Assembly (NCBI RefSeq): GCF_009914755.1
Contig: NC_060927.1
Length of the DNA: 64,000 bases
From: the human T2T-CHM13v2.0 reference genome, Homo sapiens
Strand: one strand, 5' to 3'
The notes beneath the pieces were generated by a model. That model made no database searches. It was not told the origin of the DNA and worked only from the letters and a program-made list of their open reading frames with translations. Shown here piece after piece: positions 14,125 to 27,757 of this stretch. Each line of letters opens with the position of its first letter. The stretch's first letter is position 1. The position numbers and the translations under genes were made by a program.

Positions 14125-15041
14125 TGAGAAAGGAAAACCCCAGATTCACTGAGCCAAAGGGAAAAGTCAAGCTGGGAACTGGGTCACACAAACCTGCCTC
14201 CCATTTGGTTCCTAAATAAGATAGCTACAAAGATAAAAGCTATATACTTCCCTCACATTTTACCCACAAGGAAATTCCTTTTAGGCCCAAAGATCTTTAC
14301 TCTAAAACAGTTCTGTTGAATTTCAACCTGGCAATGTAAGTTGATATCTTCACAGGTATGGGACATAGGACAGAATTCAAAGTCTTCCCTCTCCTCACCT
14401 GAGACAAATGCATATCTGATTGCTTCCTCTGCCCTATTGTCTACGTTATCTTATGTAAAAATACAGATTAACTGAGCCAGACTAAGGCATGAATATTTCC
14501 TCCACTCCCCACTCACATGAAAATTGTGTATTCAAAAGGATGCAACTGTTTTATCTTTTTATCTACTGACACAATTTAAAAATATTTCTTGGCTGGGCGT
14601 GGTGGCTCACGCCTGTAATCCCAGCACTTTGGGAGGCCAGGCAGGCAGATCAGGAGGTCAGGAGTTTGAGACCAGCCTGGCCAGTATGGTGAAACCCCAT
14701 CTTTACTAAAAATACAAAAATTAGCTGGGTGTGGTGGTGCGCGCCTGTAGTCCCAGCTACTTGGGAGACTGAGGCAAGAGAATCGCTTGGAGTTGGAGGT
14801 TGCAGTGAGCCGAGATTGCGCCGCTGCACTCCAGCCTGGTGACAGAGCGAGACTCTGTCTCAAAAAAAAAAAAAAATTTCTCTTCCCCCAGTATCCACCC
14901 TTTCCCCTTTAAGTACTGAAGCCCTCAAAATCATCTTTGGAGATAGGCATATACCTGCCTCCCTGGCATGCATCCTTTACTATGGCAAATAAACCTCCTA
15001 AAATGATTGAGACTTGCCTTGATCGTGTTCTTTGATTTACA
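14125..15041 (+). mobile_element. MER4-group LTR nested in LTR8
   Basis: tgagaaaggaaaa...gggaaaagtcaagctgggaactg...aataaacctcctaaaatgattgagac...gatttaca. Confidence 0.7.
14591..14876 (+). mobile_element. AluS nested in the MER4 LTR
   Basis: Alu dimer with A tail; aaaa(t)atttct on both flanks. Confidence 0.9.
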
Positions 15042-15139
15042 GAGTCAAGGTGGGGGCTGGTTAGATCAGATCTCTCTCAGTCATAATTTTCTCACTGTTA
15101 CAATTTTTGCAAAAGAAGTTTCAAGACCTCAAGAGATGA

Positions 15140-15574
<435 letters not shown>

Positions 15575-15821
15575 TGATCAGAGGGCAAAAAAATTTCTTT
15601 GCAAAAGAAATAAAGAAGTGAACCATTTTACAAAACCAAATAATCATTCATCTAAAAGCTTCTTTCATTCATTTGACTGATTTTTTTTTCAATATAATCT
15701 ACTTAATGGGAAAGTAGGAGGAGGCAGGAATGCATAAAGTTCTGTTCAGTTGGAAATCAGTTTAAAACTCAATGTATCTTCTTGCAGTCACTTAGGCCCA
15801 ACTCCAGTCTGTTGTTTATAG

Positions 15822-16148
15822 CAGCAATCTCCAACCTTTTTGGCACCAGGGACTGGTTTCATGGAAGACAATTTTTCCATGGACTGGGGAGGGAATGGTT
15901 TCAGGATGAAACTGTTTCACTTCAGATCAGCAGGCATTAGATGGAGCCTGCAACCTAGATCCCTCGCCTGCATGGTTCATGATAGGGCTCGTGTTCCTAT
16001 GAGAATCTAATGCCGCTGTTGGTCTGGCAGGAGGTGGAGATCAGGTGGTAATGCTCACTTGCCTGCTGCTCACCTCCTGCTGTGTGGCTGGGTTCCTAAC
16101 AGGCCATGGACCTGTACCAGTCTGTGGCCCAGAGGTTGGGGACCCCTG
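15822..16148. mobile_element. MER1B
   Basis: cagcaatctccaacctttttggcaccagggac ... ggttggggacccctg. Confidence 0.8.
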
Positions 16149-16420
16149 CTCTACAGTACAGCCAAAGTGATCTTTTCCACATACAACCTTGTTCGTGTCT
16201 ACTACCTTCCTCTGCCCCACCCCTGAAGATATTTAAATGGCTTTTGATGACACTTAGGATAAAGCATAAAATATTTAATATGGTATACAAAAATCTGCAT
16301 AGACTAGACCCTACCTGCCTCCTCAGTCTCACCATGCCCCTCCTAGTCATACTGGCCTCATCTTAGGTCTTCCATCGAGCAGTACTCCTTTTTTGCCTCA
16401 GGGAATTTGCACATGCTATT

Positions 16421-18723
16421 CCAATCATACCTTCCCAACAGTACCCCAAAGTCTTAACTCATTTCAGCATTAACTCAAAAGTCCAAGTTCAAAGTCTGAT
16501 CTGAGACAAGGCAAGTCTCTTTCACCTACAAGCCTGTAAAATCAAAAACAAGTTAGTTACTTCCAAGATACAATGGGGGTACAGGCATTGGGTAAATGTT
16601 CTCATTCCACATGGGAGAAATTGGCCAAAACAAAGGGGCCACAGGCCCCATGCAAGTCTGAAACCTGGTTGGGCAGTCATTAAATATTAAACCTCTTAAA
16701 TACTCTCCTTTGACTCCATGTCTCACATCCAGTGCATGCTGATTGAAGAGGTGAGCTCCTAAGGCTTTGGGCAGCTCTTGCCATGTGGCTCTGCAGGGTA
16801 CAGTCCCAAAGGCTGCTTTCATGGGCTGGAGTTGAGTGCCTGAAGCTTTTCCAGGTCCAGGGTGCAAGCTGTTGGTGGATCTACCATTCTGGGGTCTGGA
16901 GGACAGTGGCCCTATTCTCAGATCCACTAGGTATTGCCCCAGTGGGGACTCTGTGTGGATGCTCCAACCCCACATTTCCCTTTTGCACTGCACTAGTAGG
17001 GGTTCTCCATGAGGGCTCCGCCCATGCAGCAGACTTCTGACTGGACATCCAGTCATTTCCATACATCCTCTGAAATCTAGGCATAGGTTTCTAAACCTCA
17101 ACTCTTGGCTTCTGCACACTTGCAGGCCCAACACCACATAAAAGCTGCCAGGGCTTGGGGCTTGTACCCTCTGAAGCAATGGCCCAAGCTGTACCTTGGC
17201 CCCTTTTAGCCATGAGGTGGAGTGGCTGGGACACAGGGCACCATGTCTTGAGGCTGCACACAGCAGTAGAGCCCTGGGCCTGCCTAGCCCAGGAAACTAT
17301 TTTTCCCTCCTAGGCCTCTAGGTCTGTGATGGGAGGGGCTGTCCTGAAGATCTCTGAAATTCCCTGGAGACATTTTTCCCCATTGTCTCAGCTATTAACA
17401 TTCAGCTCCTTGTTACTTGTGCAAATTCCTGCAGCCTGCTTGAATATCTCCCTGGAAAATGGGTCTTTGTTTTCTACTGCATGGTCAGGCTGCAAATTTT
17501 CCAAACTTTTATGCTCTGCTTCCCTTTTAAACATAAGTTCCAATTTCAGATCATCTCCTTGTGAACGCATGTGACCGTTTGCTTTCAGAAAAAGCCATGT
17601 GACATCTTGAATGCTTTGGTGCTTCGAAGTTTATTCTACCAGATACCCTAAATCATCTGTCTCAAGTTTAAAGTTCCACAGATCTCTAAGGCAGGGGCAA
17701 AATGCTGTCAGTCTCTTTGCTAAAGCATAGCAAGAGTGACCTTTGCTCCAGTTCCCAATAAGTTCTTCGTCTCCATCTAAGACCATCTCAGCCTGGACTT
17801 CATTGTCCATATCACTATCAGCATTTTGGTCAAAATCATTCAACAATTCTCTAGGAAGTTCCCAACTTTCCCACATCTTCCCCATGTCTTCTTCTGAGCC
17901 CTCCAAACTGTTCTGACCTCTGCTGTTACCCAGTTCCACACTTGCTTCAACATATTGAGGTATCTTTATAGCAGTGCCCCACTCCCAGTACCAATCTTCT
18001 GTATTAGTCCATTTTCACACTTCGATAAAGAACTACCTGAGACTGGGTAATTTATAAAGAAAAGATGTTTAATTGACTCACAGTTCTGCATAGCTTGGGA
18101 GGCCTCAGGAAATTTACAATCATGGTTGATACAATTACGCTGTGTTTCCACCCACATCTCATCTTGAATTTTAGTTCCCATAATCCCCATGTGTTGTAGG
18201 AGGGACCCAGTGGGAGGTAATTGAATCGTGGATGCGGTTACCTCTATGCTGTTCTTGGGATAGTGAGTGAGACTCACAAGCTCTGATGGTTTTATAAGCA
18301 TCTGGCACTTCCCCTGCTGCCATGTGAAGAAGGATATGTTGGCTTCCCTTTCCACCATGATTGTAAGTTTCCTGAGGCCTCCCCAGCCATGCAGAACTGT
18401 GTCAACTAAACCTCTTTCCTTTATAAATTACCTAGTCTCAGATATTTCTTCATAGCAGTGTGAGAAGGGACTAATACAATGGTGGACAGCAAAGGAGAAG
18501 CAAGCACCTTCTCCACAAGGCAGCAGGAGAGAGAGAGAGAGAGCAAAGAAGGAACTGCCAAACACTTATAAACATCAGACCTCGTGAGAACTCACTATCA
18601 CTAGAACAGCATGAGGGAAACCATCCCCATGATCCAATCACCTCCCACCAGTCCCTCCCTCAACACGTGATGATTACAATTTGAGATGAGATTTGGTTGG
18701 AGACACACAGCTAAACCGTATCA
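16421..18723 (-). mobile_element. MaLR (MST/THE1-type) element: internal region 16421-17999 plus 5' LTR 18000-18723
   Basis: Internal region starts (minus) GAAGATTGGTACTGGGAGTGGGGCACTGCTATAAAGATACC; degenerate gag-like ORFs; LTR with TG..CA ends. Confidence 0.85.
18127..18478 (+). mobile_element. THE1/MST-type solo LTR nested in the opposite orientation
   Basis: tgatac...gactaataca with perfect 5-bp TSD atggt (18122-18126, 18479-18483). Confidence 0.85.
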
Positions 18724-18729
18724 CTCCTT

Positions 18730-21150
18730 TTTTGCATTTATAATTTTTAAAATATCACTTATTCTTCCCCCTCTACTTACTGGAATTTGTACATCTTGCT
18801 TCTCTTCTTTTACTGGTTACCATAGAAATTACAGCATGGATCATTAACTCATTAAAGTCTAATATTAATCAGTACTTTATCATCTTCCTAAACAATACAT
18901 AAACCTTTCAAATCTGTCTGGTCATTTTTAATAATCCCTTGTTCCTTGCCTATATGAATTTTTATGAATATATAATACCATGTATCTGTCATGGCACATT
19001 GTACATAATAGTTTCACTGCCCTAAAAATCTGTGCTTTACCTATTCATCCCAAACCAGCCTCCTCCCACACCCATAGTAACCATTGATTTTTTTACTGTC
19101 TCTACAGTCTTGCTTTTTCCAGAATGTCATATAGTTGGAATTATACAGGATGTTGCCTTTCTGTTGTTTTTTTTTTTTTTTCACTTAGCAACATGCACTT
19201 AAGGTTTGTCTGTGTCTTTTCATGGCTTGACAGCTCACTTCTTTTAATCACTGAATAATATCCCATTGTCTGGATGTACCTTCTTTTTTTTTTAACCTAT
19301 TCACCAATCGAAGGACATCTTGGTTGCTTCCAAATTTTGGCACTTATGAATAAAGTTCATATGAACATTCATGTGCAGGTTTTTATGTGGACATAAATTA
19401 TGTTTTTTATTTCATCTTTTATTTTCTTGAATATTTTATACAGGCTTATTTTATTTTCCCTATATGATAATTCCAATATTTGAAGTTTCTGGGGGACTAA
19501 ATCATTTTTTTTTTGTTGTTGTTTTTGTTCACTGACTCATGGTGGCTTAATCTCCCTGTAATTTTTTATTGTGAGTTTATTTTATTGAATTTAAATCAAT
19601 GGAAATTCCAAGGGCCTACATTTGGGATGCTTTCCTTCAGAAGGACTTTTATATACCTCTGCTAAAAGCCAGATGGCATCCGGACCACTTTAGTGTGCGC
19701 TTCAAGGATCCTGGAGCTTCAGCTTCCTCATGTTGCCATGGTTCCAGGTTTAGCTTCTGATTCACAGAACTGGTGTTGGCATTTGCAACATAGTGAAAAC
19801 TCCCATATCTAATTTTTTAAAAAACAGAAATTAATGCAGAAGAATATTACTTCAAAGGTATAGAATTTTAAAACTATCAATATCACCAACCATAAATGAG
19901 AAGATTCGTACATTTGACTATATTAAAATAAAGAACTTTTGTTTGCCAAAAGATAGCATGAAATAAGCAAAAAAGCAAGGTACAGAGTACAAGATATTTG
20001 CCACATGTATAATTGATAAAGAATAGCCTCCAGGATATATGAAAACTCTTTCAAATCAATAATAGACAATCACATTGAAAAAAAATGAGCAAAGACTTGA
20101 ACAGAAGAAAATATAAATGGTCAATAAACATGCAAATATGCTCACTCTCATTATTAATTAGGGAAATGCAAGTATAACAACAGTGAGATACCATTAACTA
20201 TCCTCTAGATTGGCTAAAATTCAACAGTTTGATAACACCAATTGTTGGCAAGGATGTGATGCGGCAGGAACTCTTCAGACTGCTGTTGATTAATTGGTGT
20301 GTTCAGTTTGGGAAACAATTTGGCATTATCTAGTAAAGTTGAAGATACATATATCCCGTGATGGCTATTCTACTGCCAGGTCGATGATCTTAAAGATCTC
20401 CTAGGATACATGCATCAGGATATTCAAAGCAGCATTGTTCATCATACCCCACACTGAATACAACAAAACGTCTATCCACAGTAAAATAAATAAATACATC
20501 ATGGTACATTCCTATGATGGGATACATTACAGCAATGCAAATGAACAAATTGCAGTTCTACTCAACAACATGGATGAATCTCATAAACAAAATATTGAAT
20601 GACAGAAGTAAGGCACAAAAGAATATACACAGTATGATCCATTCATCTAAAGTTCAAAATGAGGCCAAATGAAATGATGTTGTTTAGGGATACAGACACA
20701 GGTGGTAAAACTGTATAGAAAAGCCAAGAAAATGATTATCACAAAAGTCAGGATAGTGGATACCTCTGATGAAGAGAGAGGAGTTTATGACCAAGAGGAG
20801 ACAAAGAGCAGGGACTGGGAGAGGGTATGAGGAGGGGTTCTGGGAGTAGGAAATGTTTCATTTCCTCACATTGGTATGGTTCTGTAGGTTTTCCTTTCAT
20901 GATGTTTCATCAACGTGTATATTTATGTCAGTTATATTTCATAATTGTTTTAAACAAAGGAATGATCAGCACAAGGAGTGGCAGAGGTATGACATCCAGG
21001 AAAAGTGCACGGGTAGCTTCACCATTGTTGGTAATGTTCTTAAGTTAGGTGTGGATTCATGAGTGTTCATTTTTATGCTCATAACTTACATATAGTTTAT
21101 ATGTTAGATACATCTTATACGTTAAATATGCATAAGAAATTTATAATAAA
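18730..21150. mobile_element. Cluster of old L1M fragments (minus ~18730-19700; plus ORF2-end/3' UTR ~19860-21150)
   Basis: aaggacatcttggttgcttccaaattttgg; ggaaatgcaa...gagatacca; acatggatgaatctca; gatagtggatacctct. Confidence 0.7.
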
Positions 21151-22259
21151 TTAAAAGCAGAGAGGAATCCTGATAGTAGGAAATAGGATGGTTTGCACCA
21201 GGATTGTCATCTAGGAAGCTATCGTATAGTTAATCTGGACATAATAAGAATGTTAGAGACTGGAGTCACTGCCATCTCTTTCAGGGAAGAGATTGACAGA
21301 CAGGGGCCATATTTTCTACCATATTATTCTCATTCCCCTGACTACATACATAGATGCCAAGACTATAAAGCAAAATCATGAAATGTTTATCACAAAAGTC
21401 AGGATAGTGGATACTTCTGAACTGGAGGTGGGCACCCCTCTTTCTTATCTTTTTGTCTTCATAGAAAAGGTACAAAAAGACATATGTACTAACCAAATTT
21501 CGAGGTTCCTAAATAATGGAGACTAACTCTCGGTTAGTTAGAGAGAAAATGAATTTATTGAAAGGACATTACATAGCTCACAAAATTGATGGAAAAGCTG
21601 AAGAATGAGGCTTGGAACTTGGAAAGGAGCCATGGGAAATTAGGCAGCCCGAAATAGAGACCAAATCAATACACAGGAAGCATCTGGTTAGTATCCAACT
21701 GCGTCTGTCATTGGCACAACCACCATCAGACGTTGGACAGTACCCTTATTGCTTCCTCTTCCACCTCTGGAAAGATTCTAAGTGCCATTTGCTTCTTTCT
21801 GTTACTCCAGAATCAAGGTCTTAGGTAGGAGTGTCTGATTGGAAGGTCCTGTGCCCAAATTCTAGAGACAAGGGATCTGGAAAAGGGGCTATTTGTCCAT
21901 ACTTAAGCTTCTTTATTGGATTTTTTTCCAAATAGGAAGTGTTAGATACTAGGAGGCCAAAAATGAAAAACTCCTATCACAAGGAATATTAGAAATAAAC
22001 ATATCTGGCTTCTGCCTATTCACAGCGAGGAGAAAAGATTAATAGGATCAGTTAAGATCTGTGAAATTCACAGGGCCATGCTTTTACTTGGAGACAAGGG
22101 ATTCTGCACAGTCACTGAACTGAAAGGCAGCCAGGCTTTCTCTTCCTTCTGCTTTGCAGTGCACCACTCTTTCTCTTTTCTAGTTTTTCTGCCTGTGATT
22201 GGCAGTGGGAACTGGGGTGGAATTCTGATCAGTCCTGCCAGGCCAGGAAGCTATCTTCA

Positions 22260-22660
<401 letters not shown>

Positions 22661-24580
22661 AGACAGCTGACATTTGGATTCTTGTTTGGCTGGTGATCTA
22701 GTTTTTCTGTCATGCAAAACCCTGGAGGAAAAGAGGGATGGGTGATAGGAATCAGACTCTAAATTCCACCCTAAACTTCCAGTTAGCGGTGCCTTAGACT
22801 GGCTGGTGATACAACCTAATATGAAATGGCTATATCAGATTCATCTCTTTGAGAATCTGAACTTGGAAGAACTGAGCCCTCAGCAGATGTGGGGAGAGAA
22901 GAGACACATGTGAGAGGCTGTGTGATAGTTGCCTTAGTATTTGATGATGCTGTGATCAGCTGCAGGCCATAGTCTCCCTACAAATAGTTAATGAACACAC
23001 TAATGAAGTTCAATCACGTTTATGAATAAACACTGATTAAAACAATGAGATAGATGTCTTCTTCTTTTTCTTTTCTTACTCAAAATGTCAGTAACCCTGT
23101 TGGCAGGCGTATAAGAACAGTTGTGCTCTTACACTTTGCTATTGAAAGTATAAATTGATAGACTTTCTGGAAGACAGCTTGGAAATACATAAATATATAC
23201 TGAAACTTTAAAATTATGCGTGTCCTTTGACCCAACAATTACACTTCTTGGAACTTTTTTATTTTTATCTGTTTTAGAGATAGGATATTGCTCTATTGCC
23301 CAAGTTGGCTTCAAACTCCTGGGCTCAAGTGATTCTCTCACCTCAGCCTTCCGATAACTGGGACTACAGGCACACGCCACTGCACCCAGCCATTGGAATT
23401 TATCCTAAAGAAAGAATTTAGGATGTGAAAAAAGATTTAGTTATAAAAGTTCATTCATCACAATGCTATTTACAATAAGAATATTTCCAAACTGTTGGAA
23501 ACAATCTAAATGTCCAGCAGTATAGACTGACTAAATTATGATGGAAGCTTAAAATAGTATATTCAGCCATTAAAAATGGTTTTGCAGAAACTTACTTTTA
23601 AATGAGGCTTCTGAGTCAAAAACAAAAACAATTAATCATTTGTAGCAAAAGCAGCAGCCCAAGCAACATCCTATGTTGGTTTCCAAGGGTCATCATGAGG
23701 GCGAGATGGTACCTGCACATGCAGCGGGGTGCATTACAGGACAGGAGCCCTGTAAAAATTAGGAAACTCTGATCTTCTATATAACTGCCAGAGACCTGCC
23801 CATCATCCTCTCCAGAGAGAGAGAAACCTTAGTTTACTCTGGAATGTAAGCAAGTCTTGTCCAGGAAGGGAGGAAGAAGAGTTCTTTATCTTTACTATCC
23901 TGGACCATCTCCAGGGAGGTAAACATGTCTACGCTTTACTATCCTGAGATGTCTCCTTATATAAGTATTCTTGAATTGTTTGCAATTGCCTTCGATCAGA
24001 GGACCTGAGCCATGCAGAAAAGTGAGATGTTCAGGGTAAATCTTCTTCTAACATTGACTGTATGTGAAGGGCATTAGATGCAACTGTCAATTTTTTTTCT
24101 CAGTTTGAAAAAGTTTTTATTTTTTATTTCCCATTTCTTAGAGACAGGGTCTTTCTCTGTTGCCCAGGTTAGAGTACAGTGGCATGATCACAGCTCACTG
24201 CAGCCTCGAATGCCTGGGCTCAAGCCTCAGCCTCTCAAAGTGCTGGGATTATAGGCATGAGCCACCATGCCTGGTTTTGAAAAAGTTTTAAGAGAAAGTT
24301 TGGGAAAATAATATTGCATAAATGTATTTGACATGGACGTTGTTTAGAATATGCTAAGTAAAAAAGTGGATTATACATGGCATGTAGTAAGATCCCATTT
24401 TTTAACAATTAGGTATAGGTGTTTGTCTATGGAGAAAAAAATCTGGAGGGGGTATACCAATATATTAATAATGTTTATTTTTGGGTGAGAGACAGCATCA
24501 TTTGTTTTCAAATGTTCTTTCTGTTTATATGTGTTTTGCTTTTTCTCCAATGAATGTAGTAGTTTTTGTGATTAAAATTT

Positions 24581-24891
24581 CTTTTTCTTTTCTTTTCTTT
24601 TTCTTTTTTTTTTGACAGGATCTCACTCTGTTGCCCAGGCTGGAGTACAGTAGTGCAATCATAGCTCACTGCAGCCTTGAACTCCCAGGCTAAAGCAATC
24701 CTTCTGCCTCAGCCTCCTGAGTAGCTGGGACTACAGGTGCATACCACCACATCTGGCTAATTTTTAAATTTTTTGTAGAGACAGAGTCTCCGTATGTTGC
24801 CCAGCTGGTCTTGAACTCCTGGGCTCAAGTGATCCTCCTTCCTTGGCCTCCCAAAGTGTTGGGATTACAGGCATGAGCCACTGCACCTGGA
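24581..24891 (-). mobile_element. AluJ-type SINE (Alu monomer fragments also at ~23255-23390 and ~24115-24275)
   Basis: Reverse Alu with (cttt)n/T tail. Confidence 0.85.
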
Positions 24892-25096
24892 CTTAAATTT
24901 TTTCTTTGTATCAGAAACTATAATTCCTCTTTTTCTTTCTGTCTTCTATTGAGGGTAGATATCAGTAATATGGGTTTTTTGTTTTTTGTTTTTTATTTTT
25001 GCTAGTTTAGCTAAATCTTGGATAAAATTAAACTTTCCTATATGAGGGAAGAGAAAAAGGTAAGAGGAAAATAGCAATACTAAGAGAAAGGATGGA

Positions 25097-25357
25097 GGCC
25101 GGGCAAGGTGGCTCACACTTGTAGTGTCAGCACTTTGGGAGGCTGAGACCTGTGGGCTGCTTGAGCCCAAGAATTTGAGACTAGCCTAGGCAACATGGTG
25201 AAACCCCATCTTTACAAAAAATACAAAAATTCGCCAGGTGTGGTGGTGGGCACCTGTAGTACCAGCTACTCAGGGGACTGAGGTAGGAGGATAGCTTGAG
25301 CCCAGGAGGTCGAGGCTGCAGTGAGCCTTGAGTGGGCCACTGTACTCCACTGCACCA
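25097..25357 (+). mobile_element. AluJ-type SINE lacking a tail
   Basis: ggccgggcaaggtggctcacac...cactgtactcca. Confidence 0.85.
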
Positions 25358-25644
25358 GACAAAACCAGAGAGAGCATGGGGGAAAAGTAAAAACAGGGAA
25401 ACTTGGGAGAAGAGGCAGGTCTTGCGGGGGTTTGAAGTGAAATGCTGATTGATATAAACTCCTTTATCCACAACCCTTACAAAGTCAGTAAATTCTTTGA
25501 TGTTTTCATATGAGTGGAATTTTTAGTGGGAAGCTCAGAGAAAAGGAAGAGGAGACAATAGTAATATAGGTTGCATTTTGGGTGTTGTATAGGAGCTTCA
25601 AAGGAATGTGCTTAGCTATATTTAGAATAAATGATCACCTAGAA

Positions 25645-25954
25645 TAGTGGTTCTCAAACTCTTAAAAGTTATTGAAGATCCTAAAGAACTTTTTCTAATG
25701 TGGCTTATAACTATGTATTATTTACCATATTAGAAATTAGAACTAAGAAATGTAAAATCACAAGAAAATATAAACCCTCACAATGATGACTTCGTTACGC
25801 ATCAGGTAGACTCTGGAAAACTCCCTTCTACATTTGTTGGTGAAAGAGGGTGAAAAAGACAAATAACAAGTTAGCATTATTATTAAAGTAGTATTGACTT
25901 CATGTTCTCCCTGAAATGGTCTTGGAGTTCCAAACCAAACTTTGAGAACCACTG
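25645..25954. mobile_element. hAT-Charlie non-autonomous DNA transposon
   Basis: TIRs tagtggttctcaaa / tttgagaaccactg and 8-bp TSD acctagaa / acctagac. Confidence 0.75.
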
Positions 25955-26059
25955 ACCTAGACAATTAATATTTTGTGAGGTAGGATATTGACTTCTACTT
26001 CTGCCCCATTTTCTCTTTTCTCTCTAGTGTTCTGTTGTTTATATATTGGACCTCTTCTG

Positions 26060-26262
26060 ATTCTTTTATCTTTTCTCTTCTGTTGTTCATTGTCATCTTC
26101 TTGTTTTTCTTCCCTTCCCCCCCCACTCTTCCTCCTCCTTCTTATTTTTTCTTCTTCCTTTTTCTTCTTTCTTCCTCCTCTTCTCCTTCCTCCTCCTCCC
26201 CTTCCTAATCTTCCTCTTCCTCCTTCTCCTCCTCCTCCTCGTCCTTCTCCTCTTCCTTTTTT
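26060..26262. repeat. CT-rich low-complexity tract, (CTT/CCT)n
   Basis: ~200 nt that are almost all pyrimidine, abutting an Alu tail. Confidence 0.9.
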
Positions 26263-26550
26263 TCTGAGACAGGGTCTTACTCTGTCACCCAGGCTGGAGT
26301 GCAGTGGTACAACCACAGTTCACTGTAACCTTGACCTCCTGGGCTCAAGTGATCCTCCTACTTCAGCCTCCCAAGTGGTTGGAACTACAGGCACACACCA
26401 CCACACCTGTCTAATTTTTTTTAAATTTTTTGTAGAGATGGGGTTTCATTATGTTACCCAGGCTGGTCTTGAAATCTTGGGCTCAGTTGATCCGCCTGCC
26501 TCAGCCTCCCAAAGTGCTGAGATTACAGCTGTCAGCCACTGTGTCTGGCC
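26258..26550 (-). mobile_element. AluJ-type SINE
   Basis: Reverse Alu dimer. Confidence 0.9.
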
Positions 26551-27070
26551 TCTTTTTTTATTTCTTCCTGGGAGATTTCTATAATTATGTTTTCCAACCT
26601 AATTCTTTGAATGCTGCTTTAATTTTTCATTTTTATTTTTTGTATATAGCATCCTGTTTGGTTTTGGGTATACTATTTTCTTAAATTTCTTTGAGGATAT
26701 GAATTATTGTTTTCCTTTCCTCCCTATATGATCTCTATTTCTTCCAAGTTCTTTTTAATGCTCGTTGTCCTCTTTGTCTTTTGTGTTAGAAAATTTTCCT
26801 CAAATATCTGATGTTATTTAGTTGTTTGCCTGTATTTAAGAGTGAAGCACTAAAAACTGAAACTGTGTGACTAGCTGGGGCCTGTTTACTGTGGGCCTTG
26901 CTGTAGAATGCTCACAGTCATTAGAATGACCTTAGCACTATCTGACAAATCCATGATAATGCAGAATTCGGTTGGATATCATTTAATGTCCATAGGGGTG
27001 TGACCCTACCATGAAGAAGGACATGAAAACATTTTGGGATTCTACCAACTCCAAAAAGGTTTTAACAGAC

Positions 27071-27621
27071 TGTGATGGTTAATATTGAGTGTCAACTTGA
27101 TTGGATTGAAGGATGCAAAGTATTCTTCCTGGGTGTGTCTGTGAGGGTGTTGCCAAAGGAGATTAACATTTGAGTCAGTGGACTGGGAGAGGCAGACCAA
27201 CCCTTAATCAGCTGCCAGCACTATCTAATCAGCTGCCAGGGTGGCTAGGATAAAAGCAGGAGGAGGAAAGTGGAAGGACTAGACTGGCTTAGTCTTCTGG
27301 CCTCCATCTTTCTCCTGTACTGGATGTTTCCTGCCCTTGAACATCAGATTCCAGGGTCTTCAGCTTTTGGACTCTTGGACTTACACCAGTGGTTTGCCAG
27401 GGGCTTTTGGGCCTTTGGCCACAGACTGAAGGCTGCACTGTCAGCTTCCCTACTTTTGAGGTTTTGGGACTCGGACTGGCTTCCTGGCTCCTCAGCTTGC
27501 AGACAGCCTATTGTGGGATTTCACCTTGTGATTATGTGAGCTAATACTCCCTAATAAACTCCCTTTCATATACACATTTATCCTATTAGTCCTGTCCCTC
27601 TAGAGAACCTTGACTAGCACA
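27071..27621 (+). mobile_element. MLT2A-family (HERV-L) solo LTR
   Basis: tgtgatggttaatattgagtgtcaacttgattggattgaagga start; ...gactagcaca end; 5-bp TSD cagac (27066-27070, 27622-27626). Confidence 0.88.
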
Positions 27622-27757
27622 CAGACTTAAATAAGAATCCTGAGGATCCAATGGAATGACCATAAGTATCTTTACAGGTAGTTGGAAAACATTACATATC
27701 TAAGGATAATTGAAGAAATGTAAAACCAAGTAGTGATGAAAGATGTTAGCTACAATA

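Larger units (their letters stand above)
13414..15123 (-). mobile_element. LTR8-family solo LTR interrupted by nested elements
   Basis: Minus strand begins TGAAACTTCTTTTGCAAAAATTGTAACAGTGAGAAAATTATGAC and ends GGGTGATTACA. Confidence 0.75.

Noticed and set aside
16553-17939. 208-aa and 102-aa minus-strand ORFs
   Set aside because: Frameshifted remnants of the MaLR internal ORF, not an intact gene.
25957-26584. 198-aa Pro/Leu/Ser-rich ORF and 119-aa Gly/Arg/Glu-rich ORF
   Set aside because: Translations of the CT-rich tract and the adjacent Alu.
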